From NCBI GenBank assembly GCA_004764695.1, contig SMSO01000025.1:2108001-2172000 (forward strand): a stretch of 64,000 nt of DNA. The letters run 5' to 3'. The DNA comes from Schizochytrium sp. TIO01. Its lineage: Eukaryota; Protista; Bigyra: Labyrinthulomycetes. Position 1 is the stretch's first letter; each line of letters starts with the position of its first letter. This document shows, piece by piece, positions 45,418 through 56,978 of this stretch. A program made the position numbers and the translations under genes. The notes beneath the pieces were generated by a model, which was not told where the DNA came from, did no database searches, and saw only the letters and a program-made list of their open reading frames with translations.

Positions 45418-48400
45418 TTAATTTGATGGCAACTTTGAAATAGAAAAAATGTGAAAAAGGCCACTAAAGTCACAAGCCGCAATGACTGAGCCGTGCGCAA
45501 TAGCAGTTCTAATAGGAATATCCAAGGAGAAACCATTCCCTGTCTCTGGGCCAAGGCTAACACGATTGTCTGCAAATGAAACAGCGTTTGGTAAAAGTCG
45601 CCCACTCTGTGAATCCGGGATTAATTTCTTTCTCCGCAAATTCCAAAAGCAAACTCGCCCGGAAATGTCTCTGGTTACCATGACTTTATTTTCAGGAGTT
45701 AGCGAAATATCTTTCACTCTACATAAGTGATGCTTCATTCGGTGCATATGCTGCCCTGTTCTCCTGCGCCAAATATTTACATCACCTGTGACAGTACCTG
45801 TAATCATAAAGTCATCTGTTAGAGCAACGCTCGACACACTTGCAAAATGTGGCAAAGAATGAATCACCTTGCCAGTGACTGTACTCCATAGACGGGCAGT
45901 GAAGTCATCAGATCCAGAGAGGATACGGTCGTAAGCTGTTGCAAGACAGAGTACTGCCTTGCGGTGTCCCTCGAGTACTGTATTTGAATGACTAATAGTC
46001 TGCGATCCAAGCTTCCAAATGATGATTCTGCAGTCATTTGACGAGGAAATAAGTCTCCTATCTGTAAATACAAGTTGGGTGATCTTATCTTGATGTCCAT
46101 GAAAACAAATTGGCTCCACACGACTATCTAAGTGCCATAATTTAATATCATGCATTGAAGCTGCAGCCACACTCAAACCACAAATGGCCACAACATCGAT
46201 CGCGTGTCCATTTCCAAAGTTAAAAACTTCAGTTTGCTCTGCAGAAATCGCATTCCAAACCCGGATGAAACCATCTTGACCTCCTGAGACAATATGTCCA
46301 TCATCGGCATCCAAATGACGGGTCATCCATTGATGACGCATCATAAGACGAGCACGATCAGCAGCTGTGGTGTCCCATAACCGAACTGTGCGGTCACTTG
46401 ATCCAGAGAGTAATAGTCCTGAATTCAACGGAAAAATAGTATTTACACGATTGGCATGACCGATCAAATCATACTCGTGCTTCAAAGTTTCCAAATTCCA
46501 AACCTGAATATTTGAGCTTGAGGCTGCAAGTAATAGGGAACCACTGACAGAAACTCTCTGAGCTTTGTTAATAGTTTCAAAAACCAATTTTCCAGAATGC
46601 ACATCCCATACACGCATGATCTTATCCAGTGCTACAGAGATTGCCAGGCCGTTTGATAACGCAGCACTGATGATACCAGACGTATGTCCTACCAGTGTCT
46701 TTTTTCCAATCAGACATCCTGATCCAATAGACCAAACACAGAGCTTTTTATCTAATGATCCAGATAAAAGGTTGTTTCCATCATACGAAAGACTACTTAT
46801 GACATCCTGATGGCTGGGGCTATTGCTTAGCATCTTACCGGATCTCGCATTCCAAACTGCAATGGTGCCATCATCGGAACCTGAGATGAGAATATCGTCT
46901 TTAAAGACCATGCTGCGCACGGGAGATTTGCTACTCTGCAGAATATGCCGACATCTACCAGAAAGTAAATCCCAGGTTCGAATTGTCGAGTCAAAGGAGC
47001 CTGAAGCGAGGAGTCCTTCGTTCACAGCTAAGCTTAGAATAGCATCTGTATGTCCTATCAATATATCAAGGAGCTTGCCAGTATTGAGCTGCCAGATCCA
47101 AATTGCCCAATCATCGCCACCTGAAATTACGCGATCGTTCTCTGCTACAACGCACACCACCTGGGTGGTGCGGGTGTCGAACGTTTGCATGATAGGGCCT
47201 CGATAATCTGGTAAACTCTGCGTTAATGACTCAAATCCTCCTATAGTAGGTCTATGGACTGATATTACAAGAGGATGATACTTCGGCATGCGAGAGCGAA
47301 TCTGGCACGCAAGTTCGTCGATATCACGACTCAAAACGGACATATTTTGCCGAAGAAATTGCGGTGTAGCACAACATTCAAAGAGGTCATACGTAGAACA
47401 AGTTTGAATGATGTCGCCCAAGCGATGGTATCGCTGATCTGGCGTAGGACCACCACAATCAATACTACGGTAAAGCCAAGAAAAATTATGTAAAAGATTG
47501 ACTGCGTCTTCTCTTCTTCCGCACTCGAGAAGGTGGAAAAGACTGTGCTTGAGTGCAAATTTTTCCATCTCGGATCCTGAAAACTTCCTGGACACAGACA
47601 TGCATAAGTTAGCAAGGTCATCGTGACCAGTGTATAGATTTACATATAGATCAGGGCCGGCACGAGCACGATCTGATATGAACTCAATAAACTCAGGAGA
47701 TAAAAAAGTTATGCTTTCATGCTCCACAGTGAAAATATATGGAACATTATTCATGAGCTGGCTTGCATTCTCCAGTGAAACAAGTTGAGGCAAAAATGCC
47801 ATTGGAAGAGGTTCTCGAGCCATGCAGATAGCCCGAAGTAGCTTCTGGTATCCTACGTGGTTGCCGCCTAGGAAATGGGTAAGTAGTAGTCTAAAGGACT
47901 CTTGCAAGATTGAATCCATACCACGAGAAACCAGCTTACGAATGTCAGAGTCGCGAAGAGTCCCGGGCGTGAAGTCTCTGTAGAATTTCTCTTCAATTAC
48001 TCGAGCCCAAGCATAGGAAAATGTTGGTGCTGCCTGAATTGCGAGTACTGCATTCTCGAACTCCGAAGGTTGAAGGACAAGAGGTTCTAGTCGGCTTCGA
48101 AGGTAACACAAAATGTTCGAACGAAAAACCGATGCTTCAATTTGATAATGCACCAAATCACAACGTTCCAGTTTGCTAGTAATAGCAGCAGAATTACGGC
48201 AAGAAACGATAAGTCCAAGCCAAGCTGGTGTTGCGTCGGCCCATGCGTCTGTAATAATTCGTCCCAAAGTACTACGCTGGGACACATCCGCTTGATCAAT
48301 ACCATCTAACACCACAAGAATCCTAGCCGGAGGAACAGGAATTTTGGAGCATGGTATGACAATGCTATGTTTGAAAAGCACTTCCGGATCTGTAATACTT

Positions 48401-49362
48401 GTAAGGAAAGGAGGGAATTCTTTTCGCAGACCTGGTAGCAATTTGCTTAATTGAAATGCAACAGAAAGAAGAGCCTCACACACACTAAGTGATGTTGGCA
48501 CATTTGGAGTAAAGAAGTGAGCTGCACCAATGGCCCATGTCCTACTCATCGATGTGAAGGAGAGGCGACGACGCTTCTTTTTTTGTAATTGTAACTCTTC
48601 CATGTGAATAGTATAAGGCACAAGCTTTTCGTCAACGCATAATCTCGCTAGTGTCACTGATTTTCCTGAGTAAGCGGCGCCTGTTAATAAGAGAATACGT
48701 GAACGAACAGATTTGTCACGGGCCCATCCTGAAATGGTATCTATTACTTGATTGGAAACAATACTTCTAAACTGTAGGGCCTTTGCACGAATGTACTGGT
48801 AGTGATCAGGCGTCGCCATGTGTAAGGGTTTTCGTTGAATCAACTCAGGACCTCTCTTAGGTGGTCTTCGAGCGCATTCGCTCATCATATGCGCTAGGGC
48901 ATGCATACTCTGATCAAAATTTGGTTCTGTCGGAAATGTGGTCGCCGGAGCGCCGCGAAATACAATTTCTAGAGTTTGTGGCCAGCGCTTTTGCTTCATC
49001 GCGGCCTTATCAAAGGCTATGGCAATCATGTGTTGGGGTTTAATGCGTGCTGCAAGCTGAAATTCAAACGCCGCAGGGATGTAATCGGGATTACCATTGA
49101 CATATCTCAGGTAAGATTTGTCGAGACATACCAAAACTACATTGCATTTCTGAACTTGTTGTCGATGCCAGACTTTGTCTTTGTTCCTTCTTTCTGCCTC
49201 TTTAAGATTTATCAAGATGTTCATCTCAGGTCGGGCAGCAAACCAGTTCGCAAGAACCTGAAGGTGTCTTAGGGTACTTATATTATCTGGACCATCCTCA
49301 CTCGTTACAAATGATGGATGAACCTCAACTACGCGTTTATGGCCGAGGGTTAAATAGCTCAT
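45418..49362 (-). CDS. TIR-like / NACHT NTPase / WD40-repeat protein (NWD, NLR-like STAND protein)
   Basis: Walker A LLTGAAYSGKS, Walker B ILVVLDGIDQ, and about a dozen WD40 repeats (GHTDAI..SGSFDSTIRTWD etc.). The N-terminal ~160 aa follow a TIR_2-like pattern (VQKCNVVLVCLDKSYL..AFEFQLA..MIAIAFD). Confidence 0.8.
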   Translation of the reverse strand: MSYLTLGHKRVVEVHPSFVTSEDGPDNISTLRHLQVLANWFAARPEMNILINLKEAERRNKDKVWHRQQVQKCNVVLVCLDKSYLRYVNGNPDYIPAAFEFQLAARIKPQHMIAIAFDKAAMKQKRWPQTLEIVFRGAPATTFPTEPNFDQSMHALAHMMSECARRPPKRGPELIQRKPLHMATPDHYQYIRAKALQFRSIVSNQVIDTISGWARDKSVRSRILLLTGAAYSGKSVTLARLCVDEKLVPYTIHMEELQLQKKKRRRLSFTSMSRTWAIGAAHFFTPNVPTSLSVCEALLSVAFQLSKLLPGLRKEFPPFLTSITDPEVLFKHSIVIPCSKIPVPPARILVVLDGIDQADVSQRSTLGRIITDAWADATPAWLGLIVSCRNSAAITSKLERCDLVHYQIEASVFRSNILCYLRSRLEPLVLQPSEFENAVLAIQAAPTFSYAWARVIEEKFYRDFTPGTLRDSDIRKLVSRGMDSILQESFRLLLTHFLGGNHVGYQKLLRAICMAREPLPMAFLPQLVSLENASQLMNNVPYIFTVEHESITFLSPEFIEFISDRARAGPDLYVNLYTGHDDLANLCMSVSRKFSGSEMEKFALKHSLFHLLECGRREDAVNLLHNFSWLYRSIDCGGPTPDQRYHRLGDIIQTCSTYDLFECCATPQFLRQNMSVLSRDIDELACQIRSRMPKYHPLVISVHRPTIGGFESLTQSLPDYRGPIMQTFDTRTTQVVCVVAENDRVISGGDDWAIWIWQLNTGKLLDILIGHTDAILSLAVNEGLLASGSFDSTIRTWDLLSGRCRHILQSSKSPVRSMVFKDDILISGSDDGTIAVWNARSGKMLSNSPSHQDVISSLSYDGNNLLSGSLDKKLCVWSIGSGCLIGKKTLVGHTSGIISAALSNGLAISVALDKIMRVWDVHSGKLVFETINKAQRVSVSGSLLLAASSSNIQVWNLETLKHEYDLIGHANRVNTIFPLNSGLLLSGSSDRTVRLWDTTAADRARLMMRHQWMTRHLDADDGHIVSGGQDGFIRVWNAISAEQTEVFNFGNGHAIDVVAICGLSVAAASMHDIKLWHLDSRVEPICFHGHQDKITQLVFTDRRLISSSNDCRIIIWKLGSQTISHSNTVLEGHRKAVLCLATAYDRILSGSDDFTARLWSTVTGKVIHSLPHFASVSSVALTDDFMITGTVTGDVNIWRRRTGQHMHRMKHHLCRVKDISLTPENKVMVTRDISGRVCFWNLRRKKLIPDSQSGRLLPNAVSFADNRVSLGPETGNGFSLDIPIRTAIAHGSVIAACDFSGLFHIFSISKLPSN

Positions 49363-51020
49363 GATAGATCTCAGGATCTATCTATCGTCAAAGCTAACTC
49401 GCCAAGGTACCAATTATTAAGGCAGGCTCGCAATGAAGTTTTGCAATAACTTCTTCAGATCGTGTACAGTCTTTCCGTTTTCGTTGCCTTATGTAGATTA
49501 CAGTCAAACATTCGACACCTTGTCAAAATCAGCTAAGACAAAAGTGGGCAGTACTCAGGAATAGTGTTTGCCTAGATTTCTGTCGCCGTCATTGCCGCCA
49601 TATACCAAACGTTCATGTTTTACCTCGTTTATTAAGTTTATTCCTCTTTTTCAAGCAAGTAATCTCTCTCTTCTTTCAAGCCGGTCAGTCAATCGATCGT
49701 TACCGTGTACAGGCCCTATACATTTCTTCTTTTAACACGGTTTTCGACAGTGAAATTATAGTAGACATCGTGGGATATATTTCATAATTTGCCCCCATGC
49801 ATTCATGCAGAAAATTCCAATTACACCACAACGGATACCTGAATGTGTAAAGGTCATATTACTCAAACACAACGGACTTTGCTTTGTGGTGCCACTGTGG
49901 AATCATATTAGCAAATATGAAGAAAATGATACAACAACTCGAGGTAAAAATTGTTAGGACCACAGGGTTAGCAAATGACTTAAAGGCTGGGCATGACTAA
50001 ATTGACGCAAAACTCTTATTTGGTAGCCCTTGTACCGTTGAATATCCCCCCCCCCCAAATTAAAAATAATTGAAATAAATTGTTAAATAATTAAATCCCA
50101 TCTACCTAATATTCTCTTTTAAAAAATAACAAACTAATGAAAGTGCGTTGCGTTGCGTTGTCACATCTACTTCGACTAGCGCAACAAAAGGTACCCTTAC
50201 TATGCTAGAAAAGGGAAAGAATGAATGAAAGAATGAAATAAAAATGCACCTAGCCCGAGACGTTATTTGAAAACTCAAAGAATAGGCTAGACCATCCACC
50301 TTCCCCTGGGAAACTTGGAAAATTGCTGGTGAAATTGTCGCAATCAAATATCTGATTTTTTGTCCCCTCTTACAATTTCAATGAAACCTAATCGATGATG
50401 GTGTCAAGAAAATATGAATGGTGGTTAAGCGAATTAGGATTGTCTTGCAATCAAAACACTCTGACACATTGTTTTAGGAGCCCTATTTGTTCACTGTCTC
50501 CGTTGATTTTCGGAAGTTAATGTTGCAGCACCAGCAACAAAGACAACACAACAACCTTGATTATTTCGCTTCATGTCTTGCATGCTCTTTGAACCAGGTA
50601 CACAACAAAATTACTATGACAGCAGTATTTTTTTGTCTCGAATAAAGCAAATGCACCGTGTCCTGCATCCGATTGCCATTTGATACTTTTCACTTCTTGT
50701 CCCGGCAAGATGTCATCTGCTCTTTTCTTATTTTTACTTTTTTTTTTTTAATAGTAAGAACCATGTTATAATATGTCCTATGTGGCAATACCTGTTCAAC
50801 TGGCACAGCATCTCGAAGGTCTCTGTTCGAATTTTACCGATACTGCCAAACGGGTCATCTCAAGGCGAACCTGGTTAAACGAATATTATCAACTCTGTCC
50901 AAAGAGTTATAGGAATATACCCATTCCCGAATGCGACGATTCCAATGCATGGTTTACTGACTATATGCGTCTTTTAAAAATAGGATAAAAAATTCAATGT
51001 TGCTATTATTGTTATTGTTG

Positions 51021-54000
51021 CTATTGTTGTTGCTGCTGCTGTTGTTGTGGATCCACACAAATGAAAGCCTTGAAACTTTTTATTCTTTGTTTCGCGTACT
51101 TGTCAAGGTGGACTAGCAACTCGAGGACATATAAATGTGCATCTTCGAATTCTTCTTTGGCGTCTTGAGACTCCTCCTTTGGTTTGCAGAAACGAATCGC
51201 AAGATGAAATACAAGTTGCACCCATTGATTAAATGGTACTTCATGCGATTTCAAGGAGCCCGGTGAACCAGGTTTTCGTATACTAGCATCCAAAAAAAGT
51301 TGCAGAAGGTCAGATTTTGAGCAAAATGTAGGACAGATGGAGAAGTCAGTTGCAAAAAGAACCATCTCTTCAACAGTAATAGTTTTCTGTGTCGCTGCCC
51401 GGCCTCGTTTCTCTGCTATCAGCGCATAAAATAAGTATACCATCTTAAGCTGCGACACATTAGCCTGAAGAATCTTCCGAATTGCTCCTGTGGCAAGGCG
51501 CTTAGATTCCTTCTGGTATATTCGACTCCTTTGTTCCACCTCAAGGCCAGCTTGAACGCACGTAGGTACTAGACTCTCTTTGCAGTATGTAAGTGCAGGG
51601 CATGCCATTTTGACAACTACTCGATCCAGAGACTGTAAAAAGGCCTCAAAGTCCAAGTATTGAGCTTGATCTTTAGATGCCTCGAAGGATGTATCTACAA
51701 CAGCGTCTCTGTCAAACATGGATAGTTTTAACGAACCCGCATCTAGGAGACGTCGTAAACCATCTTTAGGCATACCTTTTGGAGGTGTAGAATATGCACG
51801 ATAAAGAGCATACAAAAGGCTATTTTCCCCTGATTTCCCAACAACGTCTTCATCCTTGGAGTTAATATATTGCATATGAACAGAGACAAGAACCTGAACT
51901 TGTGGGGTTTGTTGGGATGCTCGTCGAAAAACATCAACACAATCGGAGTCCAAAACAGATGAGGGTTTAATATGGGCTGGTTGGGGAGCGCCCCCTCCAA
52001 TCGAGCGGGAACTTGGCGTTGTTGCTAATTTTCTTACGCTATGACTCGAAATAGAGGCATTCGAAGGTGTTGGAGCACCTGTTGATTTGGAAGCTGCAGC
52101 AACGCTAGCAGGTACCTTAGTTCGATTCATAATTTGCGCTCGCTTCAGTGCCCTAGCCTTACGCCTTTCTTGCAACTTTTGCTGCAATTTATCGTTCTGT
52201 CTCATTCGCTCAGAACTTAGCAAAGATGCTAGTTTCTTTACTTCCTGCCCATGTTCAGCAAGAATCTCAGCCTTTTCCTTTTCTTTTTCTTGTTTCTCAT
52301 TCGCCGATTCGATCTGCTCTACTAATTTTGCCGTTTGTTCAGCTGTAGCTTTCATTTTCTCTTCGAATTCTTTACGTAATTTTTCTGCAATTTCCGCTGC
52401 AGCTTCCGCTTTAACAGATTCTTTTAAGGCCTCAAGCTCTTCAGTGCGACCCCTCATACTAATCACCATTTCTTGAGCCTCTGATTCTGCATGTTGCCTA
52501 AACTGCTCTTCTTCTTCACGTTGCAGACGAAGTCGTTCCTCCTCTGCATCGGCAGGTAGTTCCCATTCACATTCTCCAGATTCGTTATTATAGTAAAATA
52601 CATCGCCTGTTACTGGATCTTCACATTCGCTCCAGCTTAATATCTGCTTTCGAACAAAAGCACGTTGGCGAATTTGTTCTGCCTCACTAATCTCCGCACC
52701 TTCATCTTCAACGCTAAATCCAAAACCAGTATCTTCTCCGGCAGGGAGTTCGTCTTGGAGTCCAGCAGGCACCTCCCATGAAGATTCTCCAGTAATTGCA
52801 TTCCAATAAAAGGGTTCACCAGTTTCTTTGTCAATAAACTGTGCCCATTCACCGCGCCAGTCCAATATCTGACCATCTTGCCGCCGCGTACTCCATGGAG
52901 TACTTGCACGATCCTCTTGATTACTTTCCTCTATGGGATGATTAAATGCTTCCCAAGACTCCTCATTTGCGCCAATACCGGTATTGAGATGGAGAAAAGA
53001 AGCTCTCATACTACCGTCTAGCATTGGCAAACCTGTAAAATCCTGATACGTTTGGGCTGATTGAGGCCTCATTGAACCAAAATAGTTTCGTCCTAAATCA
53101 AAGCCTGCTGCAGTCTGTGGTCTGCCATTGAAAAAACCCCCGTTGTTGTCGTATGGCAAATTTTCGAACTGCTGTTGCGACCATACTAGTGTGGCAGCAC
53201 GTTCATATTGAGACTTGTACAATGTATTCATAAGGTCATCAATGTATTTAGCGCATTCTTCTTGCCCATTCAAGCTAGCAAGATCCTTTGCAGTATACCC
53301 TTGATGGTTGGCGAGTCGAATAAGCTCAAGATCAAGAAAGCCTTTAAACGCTTTAATGCATTCTAAACTACCATTACAAGCAGCAGCATGCAATGCGGAA
53401 TCGCCATAGCTATCTTGAATAAGCAGCATTTTATGGATGTCGCATAATGGGTTATCCAAAATTTCTGTAACAATATGTTTTTTGTTGGTTGCGCAAGCTG
53501 TAAACAAAGGAACTCTACCGTGCTCATCTATTGCAAACAAATCCCCGTGTGCATCCATAAGCATCTTGCACGATGCTGTGCAACTGCATACGTGAAGAGG
53601 AGAAAACCCTTTGTTGTTGCGGATATTGACATCAATCTCTGGTTGCTGCAATAACAGATTCAGCGTAGCTTGATGACCGTAGTATGATGCCACGTGCAAA
53701 GGTCGATCTCCTTCGGAGTCACCAAGATTTAGTAAATCTGGGCGTCTCTGTAGTAGCTCTGCACAACATTCTACATGATTTTGCGCAGCTGCGTAGAACA
53801 GTGGAGTTCTTCCAGATGTGTCAAAGGCTGTAAACCGAAAATTCCTTTCTAAGGCACGCTTCAGGACCTGTAAGTTTCCTTCGTGAGCAGCAATATGAAC
53901 ACCAAATCGGTCATCGTAGAGCTCATCGTTATCGCCTTCGTCATAAACCTCACCATTGTATGCATATGTATCGTCTGCAAGTGTTGAATTTCCATTAGTT

Positions 54001-54287
54001 GTATCATATGTTGCCGCTTGGGTTGCTCCTTGTTGAGTGTAAGCATAGTCTTGCGTGAAAGGGTGCGAGGCTTGGCTACCACCACGAGGCGAAACAGGGG
54101 GTAATGACTCCTCGTCTGCTTTCATTTCTGTTAGAACCTGTCCTGGCTGGAAGCCTGGGCGCATCAACTTTTCGAATTCATCATTTCGCCCACCTCGTGA
54201 AGACTTCGGCCTTGGCCGAGGTGCCGCCTCGCTAGAAGTAGGGTGCGAACCATCGTCACCCTCACCATCGCTTGGTGTATTGCCCAT
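51021..54287 (-). CDS. Ankyrin-repeat and WW-domain protein with coiled coil
   Basis: Ankyrin repeats (GRTPLFYAA, GDRPLHVAS, GDSALHAAA), two WW domains (EWAQFIDKETGEPFYWNAITGESSWEVP; SWSECEDPVTGDVFYYNNESGECEWELP), E/K-rich coil, myristoylation-type start MGNTPS, terminal poly-Q. Confidence 0.85.
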   Translation of the reverse strand: MGNTPSDGEGDDGSHPTSSEAAPRPRPKSSRGGRNDEFEKLMRPGFQPGQVLTEMKADEESLPPVSPRGGSQASHPFTQDYAYTQQGATQAATYDTTNGNSTLADDTYAYNGEVYDEGDNDELYDDRFGVHIAAHEGNLQVLKRALERNFRFTAFDTSGRTPLFYAAAQNHVECCAELLQRRPDLLNLGDSEGDRPLHVASYYGHQATLNLLLQQPEIDVNIRNNKGFSPLHVCSCTASCKMLMDAHGDLFAIDEHGRVPLFTACATNKKHIVTEILDNPLCDIHKMLLIQDSYGDSALHAAACNGSLECIKAFKGFLDLELIRLANHQGYTAKDLASLNGQEECAKYIDDLMNTLYKSQYERAATLVWSQQQFENLPYDNNGGFFNGRPQTAAGFDLGRNYFGSMRPQSAQTYQDFTGLPMLDGSMRASFLHLNTGIGANEESWEAFNHPIEESNQEDRASTPWSTRRQDGQILDWRGEWAQFIDKETGEPFYWNAITGESSWEVPAGLQDELPAGEDTGFGFSVEDEGAEISEAEQIRQRAFVRKQILSWSECEDPVTGDVFYYNNESGECEWELPADAEEERLRLQREEEEQFRQHAESEAQEMVISMRGRTEELEALKESVKAEAAAEIAEKLRKEFEEKMKATAEQTAKLVEQIESANEKQEKEKEKAEILAEHGQEVKKLASLLSSERMRQNDKLQQKLQERRKARALKRAQIMNRTKVPASVAAASKSTGAPTPSNASISSHSVRKLATTPSSRSIGGGAPQPAHIKPSSVLDSDCVDVFRRASQQTPQVQVLVSVHMQYINSKDEDVVGKSGENSLLYALYRAYSTPPKGMPKDGLRRLLDAGSLKLSMFDRDAVVDTSFEASKDQAQYLDFEAFLQSLDRVVVKMACPALTYCKESLVPTCVQAGLEVEQRSRIYQKESKRLATGAIRKILQANVSQLKMVYLFYALIAEKRGRAATQKTITVEEMVLFATDFSICPTFCSKSDLLQLFLDASIRKPGSPGSLKSHEVPFNQWVQLVFHLAIRFCKPKEESQDAKEEFEDAHLYVLELLVHLDKYAKQRIKSFKAFICVDPQQQQQQQQ

Positions 54288-55269
54288 AATACTCCTCGTG
54301 CCCTCTTGTGAAGACTATGTATAGTACGGTGATATAGTGTACGAAGGCACTTCAAAAGGTTGATCACCCAGCGCAGGCGAAGGCCCGCGCTTGGTGCCTT
54401 CGGCAGGAATTGTAGCTCTTTTCAATTCAATTAGAATCAGATGCACCTGGGTCAATGCTGTTGTGCCTCAGCTGGCTGTGTGCATTTTTTTCGAACTCAC
54501 TTCGCTTTGATACTATTATGAGGTCAAAGTTGGGAACCTCATTTAATTTGAGAACATGACCTTGATGAATTGGTTATTGTAGTCAGGAAAACATTTCTTT
54601 TAACTTGATATCATTTTATTCTATCCACCAGGGGTTTCTGCTCCAGAAAACCAAGCTAGAGAAGAGAAGCTATTGCAAACATCTTTATGCCTCAAACATT
54701 TTCTTTTCTGGTTTTCGAGATATCTTTGTATAAAAGAATGCTAGCATGAGCCGAAATATAGAGATGGGTTGTAAAATGCACTTGAAAAAAGATAAATAAT
54801 AAATAAAATTAGAAAGACTTCGCTTGTATGGGGTGTGTGCTATACTTCTAGCTAGCATAAGAGTATAATAGCGAAAAGGAAGAGATCCGTTCAATCCTCT
54901 GTGCGCGTTGCTGACTCTCTATGGATGTTAAAACCAGGTTTAAAAAAAGTATCGAAGTCAATCATATAGAGAACAACTCACAATTGTTCAATTTGCCATT
55001 AGAGATAAGAAATAAAGAAAAATTCAAGGTGAAGTGAAAGAAGCACCTATACGTTTTGGGCTTTGTGTAAAACAATGAATGAAGGAGAATAAAGTTTGAT
55101 CCATGCGCACCCATTGCGACTAGGCCCTTAATCTTGTACGAACAGAAATTGAAAGAAAAAATCTGAATAGATCAATGCCCAAGAGTTCGGCAAATACCTG
55201 GAGTCTTAGGGAAAACAAAAGTTCAGAAAAAAAAAAAAAATTATAAGCAGCAGAGTATGTCCGTGTCAA

Positions 55270-55730
55270 TGTTGTAAGTGACTAAGAAACCTTCGACGCA
55301 GGAAGGCGCGTTGGTAAAAAAAAACGCTCAGATGGGGTGGCAGGAAGAGTATTATTGCCATAGCCTTTGCAAATAAAACCTTTTTTTACTTTTTTGCGAG
55401 ACGAGTACAAAACCTCGACTTTCCAGGAACCGAGGAAGAGTTTTTTCTGTGAGAACATTAATCTTCTCCGCGGTAATTGGGGACATTGCTTCAGAGGCTG
55501 AATTTGAATTATCCCGGCATATGTCCTGCTGCCTCTCGCAATGTTTAGGCAAGCCTAGAGAGGCCAATTATCCTCTCTTCCAGATTTTGTAAGCCATTCG
55601 TGGTTGTTTGATATGAAGTCGGATTCTGCACCTTAATTAGATGTAGTTTCCCAATTAAGAAAGCTATTTAAAGATTCAGTTGCAGAAAGTTGAAGATCAA
55701 TCATATCATGGGAAGAACTGCCTAAGAACT
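55270..55730 (-). pseudogene. Decayed paralogue of the C-terminus of the 1518-aa protein (HicA-like domain)
   Basis: Across frameshifts it reads PITAEKINVLTEKTLPRFLESRGFVLVSQK..KGYGNNTLPATPSERFF..FLRRRFLS, aligning to PFTEEELDCVTEKNLHKFFENHGFTLISQR..RGYGNIIVSSTPSDRRF..FLRRRFLG. Confidence 0.65.
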
Positions 55731-56978
55731 CCAGGAAAAAGCCATGGACAACCAGCTTCTGTATGATCAAAATTGTAACCAAAGCTTTCTTTAGCTTTCG
55801 AAAAATTATCGGTAGTAAGGGGAAATGAATGAAATCAACAAAGTCCGCCAGCTGCAATGTTTGTAAGCTCTCAAAATTAGATGGTCAAGTCTGCGCATCG
55901 CCTGTTTGAGATACAAGTTTCGAATCAACAACTATAGAATGCCATTTAGGAGTACTCACCTTGTCAAGAGTAGCCTGGATTGCAGGCCATTTCTTATCTT
56001 GAAGATTCGAGTGAAGAGTGTTAGCAGTACGCTCATATCCGCTTAAATTCTCTTCATGTTCTGAATGATATATGGTATGATATTTACTTCCTTGTGAACT
56101 CGCATTATCCTCAATCTCCTAGGGAAGCAGCATACTTTGCAAAGTATTACAGGGGCTGTGAGGGCCAACCCGCACTTGACACAAATTTCGGGCAGAGTTT
56201 ATTGGCTTTGAATGGTTCATCAGTCCCTTTTAGTCATCATAGCTATTTGCCGGAGGCGCCCAGGTCGTATTATTTGATACATGTATATCTTCCTTCTCGA
56301 CATCACATAGGAGCTTCTCCCAAGGCTCAGGTATCATACTGTCCCCAATTTCTGTATTCTGATATTCTGTGTTCTGAGTTTGCGTTGCAAAGATTTTGAT
56401 TGCTAGGGCCTTAAAATGCGACATGGGTCCCGGTTCCAAGAGCTGTGCCGCAGCATTTACAAACTGTTCAAATGTCAGTTTTCTTGGGATTTCACCAAGA
56501 ACAACATTTTATTACCTCCTGTTGAGCTGTACCTCGGAGCCAAATTCGGCGAATTTAAAATGATCAAATTTTGCTCAATGCCGTCAATCACCTGAGTGGA
56601 GTTAAAGCATCAGATGTGGCAAGGGATTTCGCCTTGACCCTCAATTTCGAATTTCAGAGTTTACTCAAGAAACAGATTCCCTCTCATTGTAAGGAGAAAG
56701 GTTAGTTTCTTACTTGTAGCAGATTCTTTTCACAAATTGCCTCAAGCCGAAGCATCATGCGGATTTACAGAGTCATCTCTTCATTGTTGTTAAAACCAAT
56801 ACAGTTTTGGTGTAGGGAGTTCTGACGCACACTTAGTGTTATTTTTAGAAAACATCTTCAAGGCAATATCCTGGCTTAGACATTGTGTCTTTGCAATGCA
56901 GAGCAATAATGCTCCCAGGTCTGTTAGTAAGCTAGTTTTCTTTATAATCAAATTCAAATGTTTTTAGTTTTCATATAT

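Noticed and set aside
50998-51047. TAA/TAG-as-Gln genetic code suggested by stops embedded in a CAA/CAG run at the end of the ankyrin-WW gene
   Set aside because: Other genes here end normally on TAA/TAG and long ORFs have no in-frame TAA/TAG. A decayed poly-Q microsatellite is sufficient.
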